Source of the DNA: a virus
Lineage: Duplodnaviria > Caudoviricetes
Strand: one strand, 5' to 3'
Length of the DNA stretch: 57,414 bases
IMG/VR virus record: IMGVR_UViG_3300046007_006572
Coordinates: 1-57,414 of that record
Both the position numbers and the translations under genes were made by a program. How positions within the stretch are numbered: position 1 is the stretch's first letter; every line of letters begins with the position of its first letter. Below the pieces are notes generated by a model. It saw nothing but the letters and a program-made list of their open reading frames with translations, was not told the DNA's origin and did no database searches. Below, piece by piece: positions 49,735 to 57,414 of this stretch.

Positions 49735-50163
49735 CCAAACAAAGGAAGATTTAGACCGAAAAACCCGCAGAAATACAAAGGTGATGCTACCAATATCATC
49801 TACAGGTCTACGTGGGAAATAAAGGTAATGAGATATTTAGATGAGAATCCAAACATCATTTGGTGGGGTTCGGAAGAGTTACCTATACCTTATTACAGTC
49901 CCATTGACAAAAGAAAGCATCGTTACTTTCCAGACTTCATTGCCAAAATTCGTAAAAATGATGGTAAAGTGATGACTTATATTATTGAAGTCAAACCAGA
50001 AAAGCAGACAAAGCCTCCCACACAGAAACGCAAAACAAAGACGTTTATCCAAGAAGCTATGACATACGAAGTCAACAAAGCCAAGTGGCACGCCGCCGAA
50101 GAGTTCTGCAAAGACCACGGCTGGCAGTTTCTTGTTCTGACAGAGAAACATCTAGGCATCTAA
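49732..50163 (+). CDS. g4: Head completion nuclease gp4
   Basis: PKNPQKYKGD..NIIYRSTWE, WGSEE, HRYFPDF and IEVKP. Confidence 0.93.
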   Translation: MPNKGRFRPKNPQKYKGDATNIIYRSTWEIKVMRYLDENPNIIWWGSEELPIPYYSPIDKRKHRYFPDFIAKIRKNDGKVMTYIIEVKPEKQTKPPTQKRKTKTFIQEAMTYEVNKAKWHAAEEFCKDHGWQFLVLTEKHLGI

Positions 50164-50171
50164 GATAAATA
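50164..50171 (+). promoter_or_regulatory. Probable late promoter (GATAAATA) 4 nt before the g2 ATG
   Basis: GATAAATA-CTCG-ATG. Confidence 0.55.
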
Positions 50172-50175
50172 CTCG

Positions 50176-50760
50176 ATGGCTAAGAAATTAATAGACAGAG
50201 TTAAAGAGTCGCTGGCAAAGTCTGGCTATGAACCACGCACACGTGAAGCTCGTAAATGGCTAAGAACAAAGATACCAAGTCTTAGACCAACAAAGGGTGA
50301 ACTGATGCGTGACCGCATGAGACTCCGAGACAAGTCTTTTATTGGCCGTATGTATTTTTATTATTATGATCCTAAGACAAAGGACACGCTGCCATATTAC
50401 GACAAGTTCCCATTGGTCATACCAATAGAACGATACTCAGACGGTTTTCTAGGGTTGAATTTACATTACATTCACCCAAAGCAGCGTATAGTCCTATTAG
50501 ATAAACTTAGTATCATATTAAACAACCGTGATTATGATGAGACAACAAGGCTGAGAATCAGTTATGATTTTCTAGCAAGAGCAACGAAGGTTTTCTCTCA
50601 AGCAAAGCCTTGCATAAAACGATATTTGTTTAGCCACATACAATCTCGTTTTTTGGAAATTACAGCAGATGAGTGGGATATTGCCGTCATGTTACCAGTA
50701 GAATCATTTGCTAAAGCAAGTGCAAGTAAAGTCTGGTCAGAATCAGAGGATAAATTTTAA
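50176..50760 (+). CDS. g2: DNA end protector gp2
   Basis: YDPKTKDTLPYYDKFPLV, GFLGLNLHYI and PCIKRYL. Confidence 0.92.
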   Translation: MAKKLIDRVKESLAKSGYEPRTREARKWLRTKIPSLRPTKGELMRDRMRLRDKSFIGRMYFYYYDPKTKDTLPYYDKFPLVIPIERYSDGFLGLNLHYIHPKQRIVLLDKLSIILNNRDYDETTRLRISYDFLARATKVFSQAKPCIKRYLFSHIQSRFLEITADEWDIAVMLPVESFAKASASKVWSESEDKF

Positions 50761-51488
50761 TGTCGTTTTCACCTAATCTATTTTTATCAAACATTAAAGG
50801 CAAAGACGGTTTAGCTCGTCCATGTCGATATGAAGTAATACTTCCTATTCCTAGTTATGTTGGTAATTATGTAAAAAATTCTGTCATTGAAAGAATTCTA
50901 AACTTACCTAATTCTGCATTTTCTGAAATATCAGAGGCAATAGGAAATGCTCTAGGTCAAAAAAATGATGCACAGAAAAGTGCAAACCCTGGAATGACAA
51001 GATATCTTGCTTTGCAATGTGAAACTGCTGAACTGCCTGGCAAAACAATTCAAACTGAAGATGTTAAGATATATGGTCCCACTTTCAAAGTTCCTTATCA
51101 GACACAGTATGCGGAAACATCTTTGACATTTCTTTGTACGAATGAATTTTATGAACGCAAATTATTTGACCGTTGGATGGAAGCAATCATGCCGACAGAC
51201 ACAAACAATTTGCGCTACCCAAAAGGCAGCAATTCAAGATACTTGACACAAATTACAATAACACAATTTGATGACCTTATCAAGCAAATATATGCAGTGA
51301 ATCTAATTGACGCATTTCCAATAGGTGTTGCAGCACAACCTCTCAGTTGGGGAGAAGAAGGCTTTCATCGTTTGACTATTCAGTTTGCATATCAAAGATA
51401 CGAAACGATTTATGAAGGAAAATACAATCTTGGCGCTACAGCAGCATCTCTACTTGGAATAGGTACTGCAAGGGCTCTATCACTATAA
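50760..51488 (+). CDS. g54: Tail tube initiator gp54-like (gp19-fold)
   Basis: GLARPCRYEV, CETAELPG and DAFPI.V....LSW...HRLTIQFAY. Confidence 0.72.
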   Translation: MSFSPNLFLSNIKGKDGLARPCRYEVILPIPSYVGNYVKNSVIERILNLPNSAFSEISEAIGNALGQKNDAQKSANPGMTRYLALQCETAELPGKTIQTEDVKIYGPTFKVPYQTQYAETSLTFLCTNEFYERKLFDRWMEAIMPTDTNNLRYPKGSNSRYLTQITITQFDDLIKQIYAVNLIDAFPIGVAAQPLSWGEEGFHRLTIQFAYQRYETIYEGKYNLGATAASLLGIGTARALSL

Positions 51489-51506
51489 TCTTACCGTGAG
51501 GATATT

Positions 51507-52241
51507 ATGTTACCAAAAATAGATGTACCGATTTATGAACTAACTTTACCTTTGACAAAGAAAGTAATTCAATTTCGACCATTTCTTGTCAAAGAAGAAA
51601 AAATTTTGTTGATGGCAATGGAATCAAATGAAGCAGATTCTATTCTGTTAGCAGTGAAACAGATACTAACAAATTGTTGTTTATCTGATTTGAATATAGA
51701 TGATTTGCCAATCACTGATATAGAGTTTTTGTTTCTGAATCTTCGTGCCCGGTCAGTCAACGAAGTTGTTGAATTGCCTTATCGCTGTAACAACAAAGTC
51801 GGCGCTGATGGTGAAGAAAAAGAATGTGGAAATATTGTTACACTTGAAATGAATTTGCTCGACATACATCCAGAAGTACATAAAGAAAAAATTGACCAAA
51901 TTCCACTGAGTTCAACAATGGGTCTGCTAATCAAGTATCCATCTTTCAAGATGGTGGAAGAGGCACAGAAACAAGAGGGTTCGGAAGTTGATAAACTTAT
52001 GAATGTTCTGATAGCTTGTATTGATGGTGTTTACACTGAAGAAACTATATTTTATTCTAAAGATGTTTCTAAAAAAGAACTCATTGAGTTTGTGGAGAAC
52101 TTGACACGTGAACAGTTCAGCAAAATACAAGAGTTTTTTGAGACTATGCCTAAAATCAAAAAGGATGTAGACTTTCATTGTTCAAAATGTGGTTATGATG
52201 AAAAAATTACGATAGAGGGTCTACAAAGTTTTTTCGTATAA
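51507..52241 (+). CDS. g26: Baseplate hub assembly protein gp26
   Basis: LPKIDVPIYEL.LP, FRPFLVKEEKILLMA, LRARSVNE and C..CG...IEGLQSFF. Confidence 0.9.
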   Translation: MLPKIDVPIYELTLPLTKKVIQFRPFLVKEEKILLMAMESNEADSILLAVKQILTNCCLSDLNIDDLPITDIEFLFLNLRARSVNEVVELPYRCNNKVGADGEEKECGNIVTLEMNLLDIHPEVHKEKIDQIPLSSTMGLLIKYPSFKMVEEAQKQEGSEVDKLMNVLIACIDGVYTEETIFYSKDVSKKELIEFVENLTREQFSKIQEFFETMPKIKKDVDFHCSKCGYDEKITIEGLQSFFV

Positions 52242-52432
52242 TGTTTTGTTATGATAATTTGAAAAACTATTTTGATACCAACTTTGCTCTGATGCAACAC
52301 CACAAATATAGTCTTTATGATATTGAACAGATGTTGCCTTGGGAAAAAAGTGTTTATGTAACGATGTTAGTAAACTTCATAAAAGAAGAAAACGAAAAAT
52401 TGCAACAAGAAAAGATTTCAAATAAGAGATAA
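52241..52432 (+). CDS. g51: Baseplate hub assembly catalyst gp51
   Basis: NFALMQHHKYSLYDIEQMLPWEK.VYV.ML. Confidence 0.88.
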   Translation: MFCYDNLKNYFDTNFALMQHHKYSLYDIEQMLPWEKSVYVTMLVNFIKEENEKLQQEKISNKR

Positions 52433-52435
52433 AAA

Positions 52436-54595
52436 ATGGCTTCATTTACAGACTTAGTTCGTGCCCAAAGACAATCAGGTAAAAGCGTAATTACTTCATT
52501 GTCTGGTGCGTATAATCAAATGAATATGCAAAAATATGATCCTCGAAATGCTTTGTTTAGCAGAGGAGGACTTATGACTGCTTTATTTCCTGAACTAAAA
52601 GGTTATCAAGCCACGGCATCAAGTCGTTCACCATCTTCATTGATGGCGCAACAAGCAGGTTCCTCTCCAACAGCACTTAGTTCTATAGCACGTGATGCAA
52701 GAATCAGTGCCAGAAACTCAATGGCTTTACCATCAATCGCCCGTAACATGGCGCAACTAGTTCGCATATGGGGAGGCACACCAGCAAAGTATTTTGAAAG
52801 AGCGGGACAAAGAGAAGCAGCTTATGAATCAAAGTATAGCACTGGAAGAAAAGGTATGCCTGGTTTAGGCAAATCTTCTGCTGGCGGTGGTTTCAACTTA
52901 CTTGGTATGTTGGGTGGTATTGGAAGTGCTGCGGGAAGTTTGCTTAGTGGCGCAGGAAGCATTATCGGTTCTATACTTGGTGGAATTGGAAGTTTAGTTG
53001 GCGGTGCATTTCGTGGCATATTTGGTGTGTTAGGAGGTGCATTAGGCAATATGGGTTTTATGGGAGTTGTTCTTGCTGGTGTTGTTGGATTTGCACTTTA
53101 CTCTCTTTATAAAGCACTTGATTTCTCAAAATTAGGAGGTGGCATAAGTGATTCTTTAGGTGCAATCAAAGATTCTTTATCTGGTTTATATAAAGAACTT
53201 GACGGACTTACTGGCGGAAGATTGAGTACGTTTATTGATGATACTCAAAAAATGTTTAAGAAAACTACAGATAAAATTGCTGCTGGTATGGAAACAGCAT
53301 TGAATCTTTTCAAAGACTTAGGATTAGCGGTTATAAAAGATATGTACGGTTTTGTGTATAATATCTTTAAAGAAAATCAAGGTAAAGTTTTGGGAATGGT
53401 TACCATTGGTGCATTAGCCGCTTTTGCTGGTGTTGGAGGACTAAAAGGTGCGGCTGTTGCTGCTGCAATATCTGCTGCTATGGCAGCTTATGGTTCACTG
53501 ACTAGTGAACGCTCATTAGAAGATATGGAAAAAATAAAAAAAGCAAAAGAAGATGAATTGGAATATTTTAGAAAAACAGGTCAAATGAATATTCAAGCTG
53601 ATGAGGGTGCTAATATTCCAAGTAAAGCAGAATATGAAAAAAGACTAATTGGAGAAATAGGTTCATTAGGAACACAAATAGAAGAAAAAAAAGCACGAAC
53701 AAGTAATACACAATCTGTTTTGAATCGAATGAATTCGGCGGATATTGGTGCAGACTTCGATAGAAGATTTGCTGAAAGGCAAGCACAAGGTTCACCAACT
53801 CCCGCAGGAGCTACATCATACAGTTATGATAAAAAAGTTACTTTCAATAGTTTGACTAGAGCGCAACAAAATCAACTAATGGAAGAACAAGCAAAACGAG
53901 AAGGCTCAACTAAACCCGGTACGGTTGGATTTAGACACATGAATCCAGGCAATATTATTGCAAAAAGTTCGACTGAAGTTTATCCAGAACAAGCAAAGTT
54001 TGGGGGTGTTCCTGGTGAAACAATTACGCATGAAGGTGTTACAAGAACATTTGTGAGATTTCCTAATTGGCAAGCTGGCTGGGAAGCACAGAGAGATTTA
54101 TGGTCCAGAAAATACGGAAATATGGACTTACAACTAGCAATCAAAAAATGGGTAAATCCATCTGCGTCTGAAATGGCTTCTGGTGCATATGGAAATTATG
54201 AGCGTTCTTTGATGAAGGTTGCTGGCGCAACTGGAACACCAATCGCAGGAATGCCTGAAGAACGAATCGCATCGGCAGAAAGACCAAAGCCAAGTCCAGC
54301 ACCTGGTGCGCCAGCAGCTAGAACAAGTATGTCAGATAGTGTTGCTTCACTTGCATACAAACAAATAACTGCATTGGATACAATGATGGGTGGAAAATTG
54401 ATGCAAGGTTCAACAGCACTTGCGGATATGTTGAGAGATGTAACAAGAGAGTTTATGAGCAATCCTACTTTCGTTGATAATTCTCAGACAGTCAATAATT
54501 CTATGCCATCAGCATTAGCATCTTCTGCTCTTGGTTCAGCATATAATGCTGATGCTACAAATCTTTTAGTTGATAGAACAACATCCAATTATTGA
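52436..54595 (+). CDS. Probable tape-measure/gp29-like protein with putative peptidoglycan-hydrolase-like domain
   Basis: Follows g26-g51; Gly/Ala-rich hydrophobic segments and coiled coil; RHMNPGNI...FVRFPNWQAGW motif. Confidence 0.6.
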   Translation: MASFTDLVRAQRQSGKSVITSLSGAYNQMNMQKYDPRNALFSRGGLMTALFPELKGYQATASSRSPSSLMAQQAGSSPTALSSIARDARISARNSMALPSIARNMAQLVRIWGGTPAKYFERAGQREAAYESKYSTGRKGMPGLGKSSAGGGFNLLGMLGGIGSAAGSLLSGAGSIIGSILGGIGSLVGGAFRGIFGVLGGALGNMGFMGVVLAGVVGFALYSLYKALDFSKLGGGISDSLGAIKDSLSGLYKELDGLTGGRLSTFIDDTQKMFKKTTDKIAAGMETALNLFKDLGLAVIKDMYGFVYNIFKENQGKVLGMVTIGALAAFAGVGGLKGAAVAAAISAAMAAYGSLTSERSLEDMEKIKKAKEDELEYFRKTGQMNIQADEGANIPSKAEYEKRLIGEIGSLGTQIEEKKARTSNTQSVLNRMNSADIGADFDRRFAERQAQGSPTPAGATSYSYDKKVTFNSLTRAQQNQLMEEQAKREGSTKPGTVGFRHMNPGNIIAKSSTEVYPEQAKFGGVPGETITHEGVTRTFVRFPNWQAGWEAQRDLWSRKYGNMDLQLAIKKWVNPSASEMASGAYGNYERSLMKVAGATGTPIAGMPEERIASAERPKPSPAPGAPAARTSMSDSVASLAYKQITALDTMMGGKLMQGSTALADMLRDVTREFMSNPTFVDNSQTVNNSMPSALASSALGSAYNADATNLLVDRTTSNY

Positions 54596-54597
54596 AT

Positions 54598-54624
54598 AAA
54601 AAAACGCCACCCGAAGGTGGCGTT
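54598..54624 (-). terminator. cUUCGg intrinsic terminator between convergent genes (ends g32; may act in both directions)
   Basis: Minus strand AACGCCACC-TTCG-GGTGGCGTT-TTTTT. Confidence 0.9.
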
Positions 54625-54631
54625 ACAATCA

Positions 54632-55498
54632 TCAATCTTCTGCTAGAGACTTGAAGTAATCAAGTTCTTCATCATCAATATCTGCTGATGGTTTAGGAAC
54701 AAAGTTCTCATCAATAGCCTTAGTCTTTGATACTGGTGCAGCACCATCAAGACCCAAGACTTTATCAAGTTTTGCTTTTAGCACATCATAAGATTTGAAG
54801 TTCTTTGGATCAAGAAACTCTTTGAGTGAGTGTTGCTTTTTCCAGAGTGCTTCAAGTTTTGCATCATCACCATCAAGTAATGCTGAAGGAGAATCAAACT
54901 CAGATTTGTCATAGTTGCGATAACCTTCAACTTGACGAATCTTGATTTTGAAGTTGGCGCCTTCCCAGAAATCAAAAGGATTGATTGCTTTTTCATCTTC
55001 AAACTCTGGATTCATTGCTTCTGTAATCTTATCAAAGATTTTCTTACCAAACTTGTAAAGACGAATCTGTCCTTCATTTTCTGGATTTTTTGGGTCAGAA
55101 ACAATGTAAACATTAGTGATATAATGTAAACGGCGTTTTTGTTTACGTGCAATCTCTTTGTTTGCTTCAATACCTGAGTTCCACAAAACAGAGTTATGCT
55201 CCGAAACGGGGTCTTTTTGATTGAGTGTTGTCAAAGAGTTTTCAATGTACCAGCCACCAGGACCCTGAAAGCCATGGTCAAAGATACGTACCCAAGGAAG
55301 TCCTTCATCACCATCTACTGCTGGAGCAGGAAGAAAACGAACAACAGCCATGCCGTTACCTGCTTTGTCAACTTCTGGTGTCCAGAAGCGGTCATCATCT
55401 TTTGAACCAGATTCAGTGTTTGTATTGATTGATTCAACCGCTTTGGTGAGTTTCTCGAATGAGTTGCGGTTATTGCGGAGTTTAGAAAAATCAGACAT
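54632..55498 (-). CDS. g32: Single-stranded DNA-binding protein gp32
   Basis: DKAGNGMAVVRFLPAP, HGFQGPGGWYIENSLTT, YKFGKKIFDKI and acidic tail. Confidence 0.96.
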   Translation of the reverse strand: MSDFSKLRNNRNSFEKLTKAVESINTNTESGSKDDDRFWTPEVDKAGNGMAVVRFLPAPAVDGDEGLPWVRIFDHGFQGPGGWYIENSLTTLNQKDPVSEHNSVLWNSGIEANKEIARKQKRRLHYITNVYIVSDPKNPENEGQIRLYKFGKKIFDKITEAMNPEFEDEKAINPFDFWEGANFKIKIRQVEGYRNYDKSEFDSPSALLDGDDAKLEALWKKQHSLKEFLDPKNFKSYDVLKAKLDKVLGLDGAAPVSKTKAIDENFVPKPSADIDDEELDYFKSLAED

Positions 55499-55524
55499 GT
55501 AATTACCTCGTATAAGTTAGTGTA

Positions 55525-56067
55525 TTAAGTTGTATGTGCATCTTGTCCACATGATTCATTATATACTTCTATATATGTATCGTCAAGAACTGATTGCACA
55601 ATTTTTATCGTTTTCGCCGTATCTCTGTGAAGAATGCCAATACCGCCGGCAAGATTGAAGTCATCAATTACATCCGTTGTATCATCAATTAGAATGACAT
55701 CAGACTTTGCATAATTTGCTTTGAGATGACGACCAGGCACGATATTAGCCTTGAAGTCAATGTAATGACGTTTCAGCCAAACTTTCTTTTGCTTCTTTAC
55801 TTCTTCATGATGCATTTTACCACCAGACGATGAAAGAATCTCAATCGGTATATCAAGTGAGAGAACAAACTTCAATAACTCTTTACCACCAGGATACCAA
55901 TCAAGTGTTTCAAAGTTTCTACCTTCTACAAATCGATTCCAATTGTCATCGTGTTTTTCACCTCGTTCACGGCTGCTTGATGCTGCTCGTTTGAACATCT
56001 CTTTGTATCTTTTATTGAAATCAGACAACACACCATCCATGTCAAGGTAAATTTTCTGTATTCGCAT
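55525..56067 (-). CDS. HAD-family 5'(3')-deoxyribonucleotidase-like protein
   Basis: IYLDMDGVLSDF (motif I), ILSS, K..W and ILIDD (motif IV). Confidence 0.85.
   Translation of the reverse strand: MRIQKIYLDMDGVLSDFNKRYKEMFKRAASSSRERGEKHDDNWNRFVEGRNFETLDWYPGGKELLKFVLSLDIPIEILSSSGGKMHHEEVKKQKKVWLKRHYIDFKANIVPGRHLKANYAKSDVILIDDTTDVIDDFNLAGGIGILHRDTAKTIKIVQSVLDDTYIEVYNESCGQDAHTT
55558..55586 (-). promoter_or_regulatory. Sigma70-type promoter for g32 (TTGACG-N17-TATAAT)
   Basis: -35 at 55586-55581, -10 at 55563-55558, 17-nt spacer; lies inside the 3' end of the HAD gene. Confidence 0.8.
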
Positions 56068-56653
56068 CGTATTCCTTTTTCAGTATAAGTTTATATTTCG
56101 TTGGTTCGAAATTTATGAACGGAGTGTATTTCTTTATTGTTCTGCTAATTTTAGGAAAGTGAATCGTATCTTCAATCTTCGCATCCCACTTGGGTAAAAA
56201 GTTCAGTATGCTATTCAATACACAAATCGTTTCAATCGATACATCACCATGTAACATATTGTGTAATAACTTAGGATACTGAGTATCTAACACCGTCAGA
56301 TTATCATTTGGATTACCATCCAATAAAAAATCTTTAACTTCATTTGTAAAGTGATATGTCAGTGCTTGAATTACTTTTTGTCTTTTCCGATACTGAATGT
56401 CTGATTCTTCTGTCAATAGATGTCCAATCCAAACATTAGAATCATGCACAAGATTAGCAACGATGAAATCACAACCTTGTTCAGCATTTGAGAATCGCCG
56501 ACTCAATTTGTAATAATGATATTTGTCTTTACGATTCTCAAAAGCATCTATACTCGTATTAGTCTTACCATTATATCGAAAGTAATCGTAAGAATCGGAA
56601 TTGAAGTGAAGTTTGAGAGAATTGAATAAACAAAAGGCTTCATATCCAGTCAT
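56042..56653 (-). CDS. g59: Helicase loader gp59
   Basis: LKLHFNSDSYDYFRYNGK and FENRKDKYHYYKLSRR; between g33 and g32. Confidence 0.88.
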   Translation of the reverse strand: MTGYEAFCLFNSLKLHFNSDSYDYFRYNGKTNTSIDAFENRKDKYHYYKLSRRFSNAEQGCDFIVANLVHDSNVWIGHLLTEESDIQYRKRQKVIQALTYHFTNEVKDFLLDGNPNDNLTVLDTQYPKLLHNMLHGDVSIETICVLNSILNFLPKWDAKIEDTIHFPKISRTIKKYTPFINFEPTKYKLILKKEYDANTENLP

Positions 56654-56874
56654 ATGGGTAAACGATTACCTTTTCCTTTTAGCATGTTCAAACTTTCTGC
56701 TTGTTCTTGAATTTTTGCTTTAAGATTTGGCGTAATCAAAGTAGCAGCAACTTCAACTTCCAAACCAGTCTCTTTGCAATGTTCACTGATAGCCTCAAGA
56801 TATGTGTAATCTGTATTGGCTACCAGTTGTTCAATGCTCAAAGAAAACTTTAGCATTTCCTCTTTAGTAGGCAT
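56650..56874 (-). CDS. g33: Late transcription coactivator gp33
   Basis: FSLSIEQLV...YLEAI..HC....EVE..A.LI...LKAKIQ.QAE.LNML. Confidence 0.9.
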   Translation of the reverse strand: MPTKEEMLKFSLSIEQLVANTDYTYLEAISEHCKETGLEVEVAATLITPNLKAKIQEQAESLNMLKGKGNRLPI

Positions 56875-57269
56875 TAGGCACCGTTCGGGCTACCAAATCG
56901 CAAATCATAAGTTGCGCCACCGACCGTGCCTGGCATTGCAAATGTCACAGGTTCTTTTGCTTGCGGTGGAATCGTATCATTCATTGTTGCACTGAATGGC
57001 CAGTTGTTGTTTGGAATATTTTCGAAACTAAAGTCGGGCGCATCATTCAATACCAAATAGTCATCTGTTCCAACATATACATCTTCGTGTTCAGAAGGCA
57101 CAACTTGAATCTGTCCATCGATTTCGTAACCACAACCTCTTAGAAAATCTCTTACTTGATTGAGAATGTCATCAAGAAACAATTCACTAAAGTTCATTTC
57201 AAGACTTCTATTGCCATCATTTGAATCAAATCGAATTGTAAAGTTATGAGTGTCGTTATCAAAATCCAT
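56874..57269 (-). CDS. Hypothetical protein
   Basis: 131 aa with GGGAGA RBS; LDDILNQVRDFLRGCGY motif. Confidence 0.7.
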   Translation of the reverse strand: MDFDNDTHNFTIRFDSNDGNRSLEMNFSELFLDDILNQVRDFLRGCGYEIDGQIQVVPSEHEDVYVGTDDYLVLNDAPDFSFENIPNNNWPFSATMNDTIPPQAKEPVTFAMPGTVGGATYDLRFGSPNGA

Positions 57270-57287
57270 AATATATCTCCCGTTTTT

Positions 57288-57414
57288 TTATTTACGTGTT
57301 GAGGCGTGTGCTACACAAACGATATCGTCACTGTGAGCATAAGAACATCTTACTGACAATGGGTCGATACCTTTTGCAATAGCGTTTTCAATATTTGCTG
57401 CCATAAGTTTTCTC
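57288..57414 (-). CDS. 3' end of a hypothetical gene (runs off window end)
   Basis: Open frame ...RKLMAANIENAIAKGIDPLSVRCSYAHSDDIVCVAHASTRK* with TAA at 57288-57290. Confidence 0.55.
   Translation of the reverse strand, partial: RKLMAANIENAIAKGIDPLSVRCSYAHSDDIVCVAHASTRK

Noticed and set aside
49732-50163. TnsA-like transposase endonuclease
   Set aside because: Same nuclease fold, but motifs and position next to g2, divergent from the baseplate genes, identify gp4; no other transposon genes or ends.
804-57143. Numerous short antisense or off-frame ORFs in the track (e.g. 2394-2840 +, 18190-18621 -, 32102-32449 +)
   Set aside because: They lie within well-supported genes and reflect codon bias or repeats; no RBS or motif support.
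1-57414. Stop-codon reassignment, introns/inteins, tRNA genes or invertible fibre cassette
   Set aside because: Core genes are full length in code 11 with no intein-sized insertions, intergenic gaps are too short for evident tRNAs, and no recombinase or flanking inverted repeats were seen.

Overview
The window is part of a T4-like (Tevenvirinae-type, cyanomyophage/freshwater-like) myophage genome, read in standard code 11 and mostly on the minus strand. It holds nearly the whole virion morphogenesis module: head (g23 5' part, g22, g21, g68/g67-like, g20), tail (g19, g18), packaging (g17, g16, with an intact Dps mini-ferritin gene between them), neck (g13-15), baseplate (g8, g7, g6, g25, g5, a probable hub gene, g53, g48) and a plus-strand g4-g2-g54-g26-g51-tape-measure block. 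It ends in the g32/HAD nucleotidase/g59/g33 replication cluster. Where T4 has g9-g12 and wac, there is a ~25 kb array of fibre, adhesin, adaptor and chaperone genes built from reused modules. The array includes three tandem 7-bladed beta-propeller paralogs with hypervariable loops, an 1826-aa ANAAF-heptad fibre, a glycosyltransferase-methyltransferase fusion behind a late promoter, and an unannotated 39-aa peptide. The best candidate for an undescribed system is this modular, peptide-docked adhesin assembly. All homology calls come from motif recognition and gene order; no searches were run.
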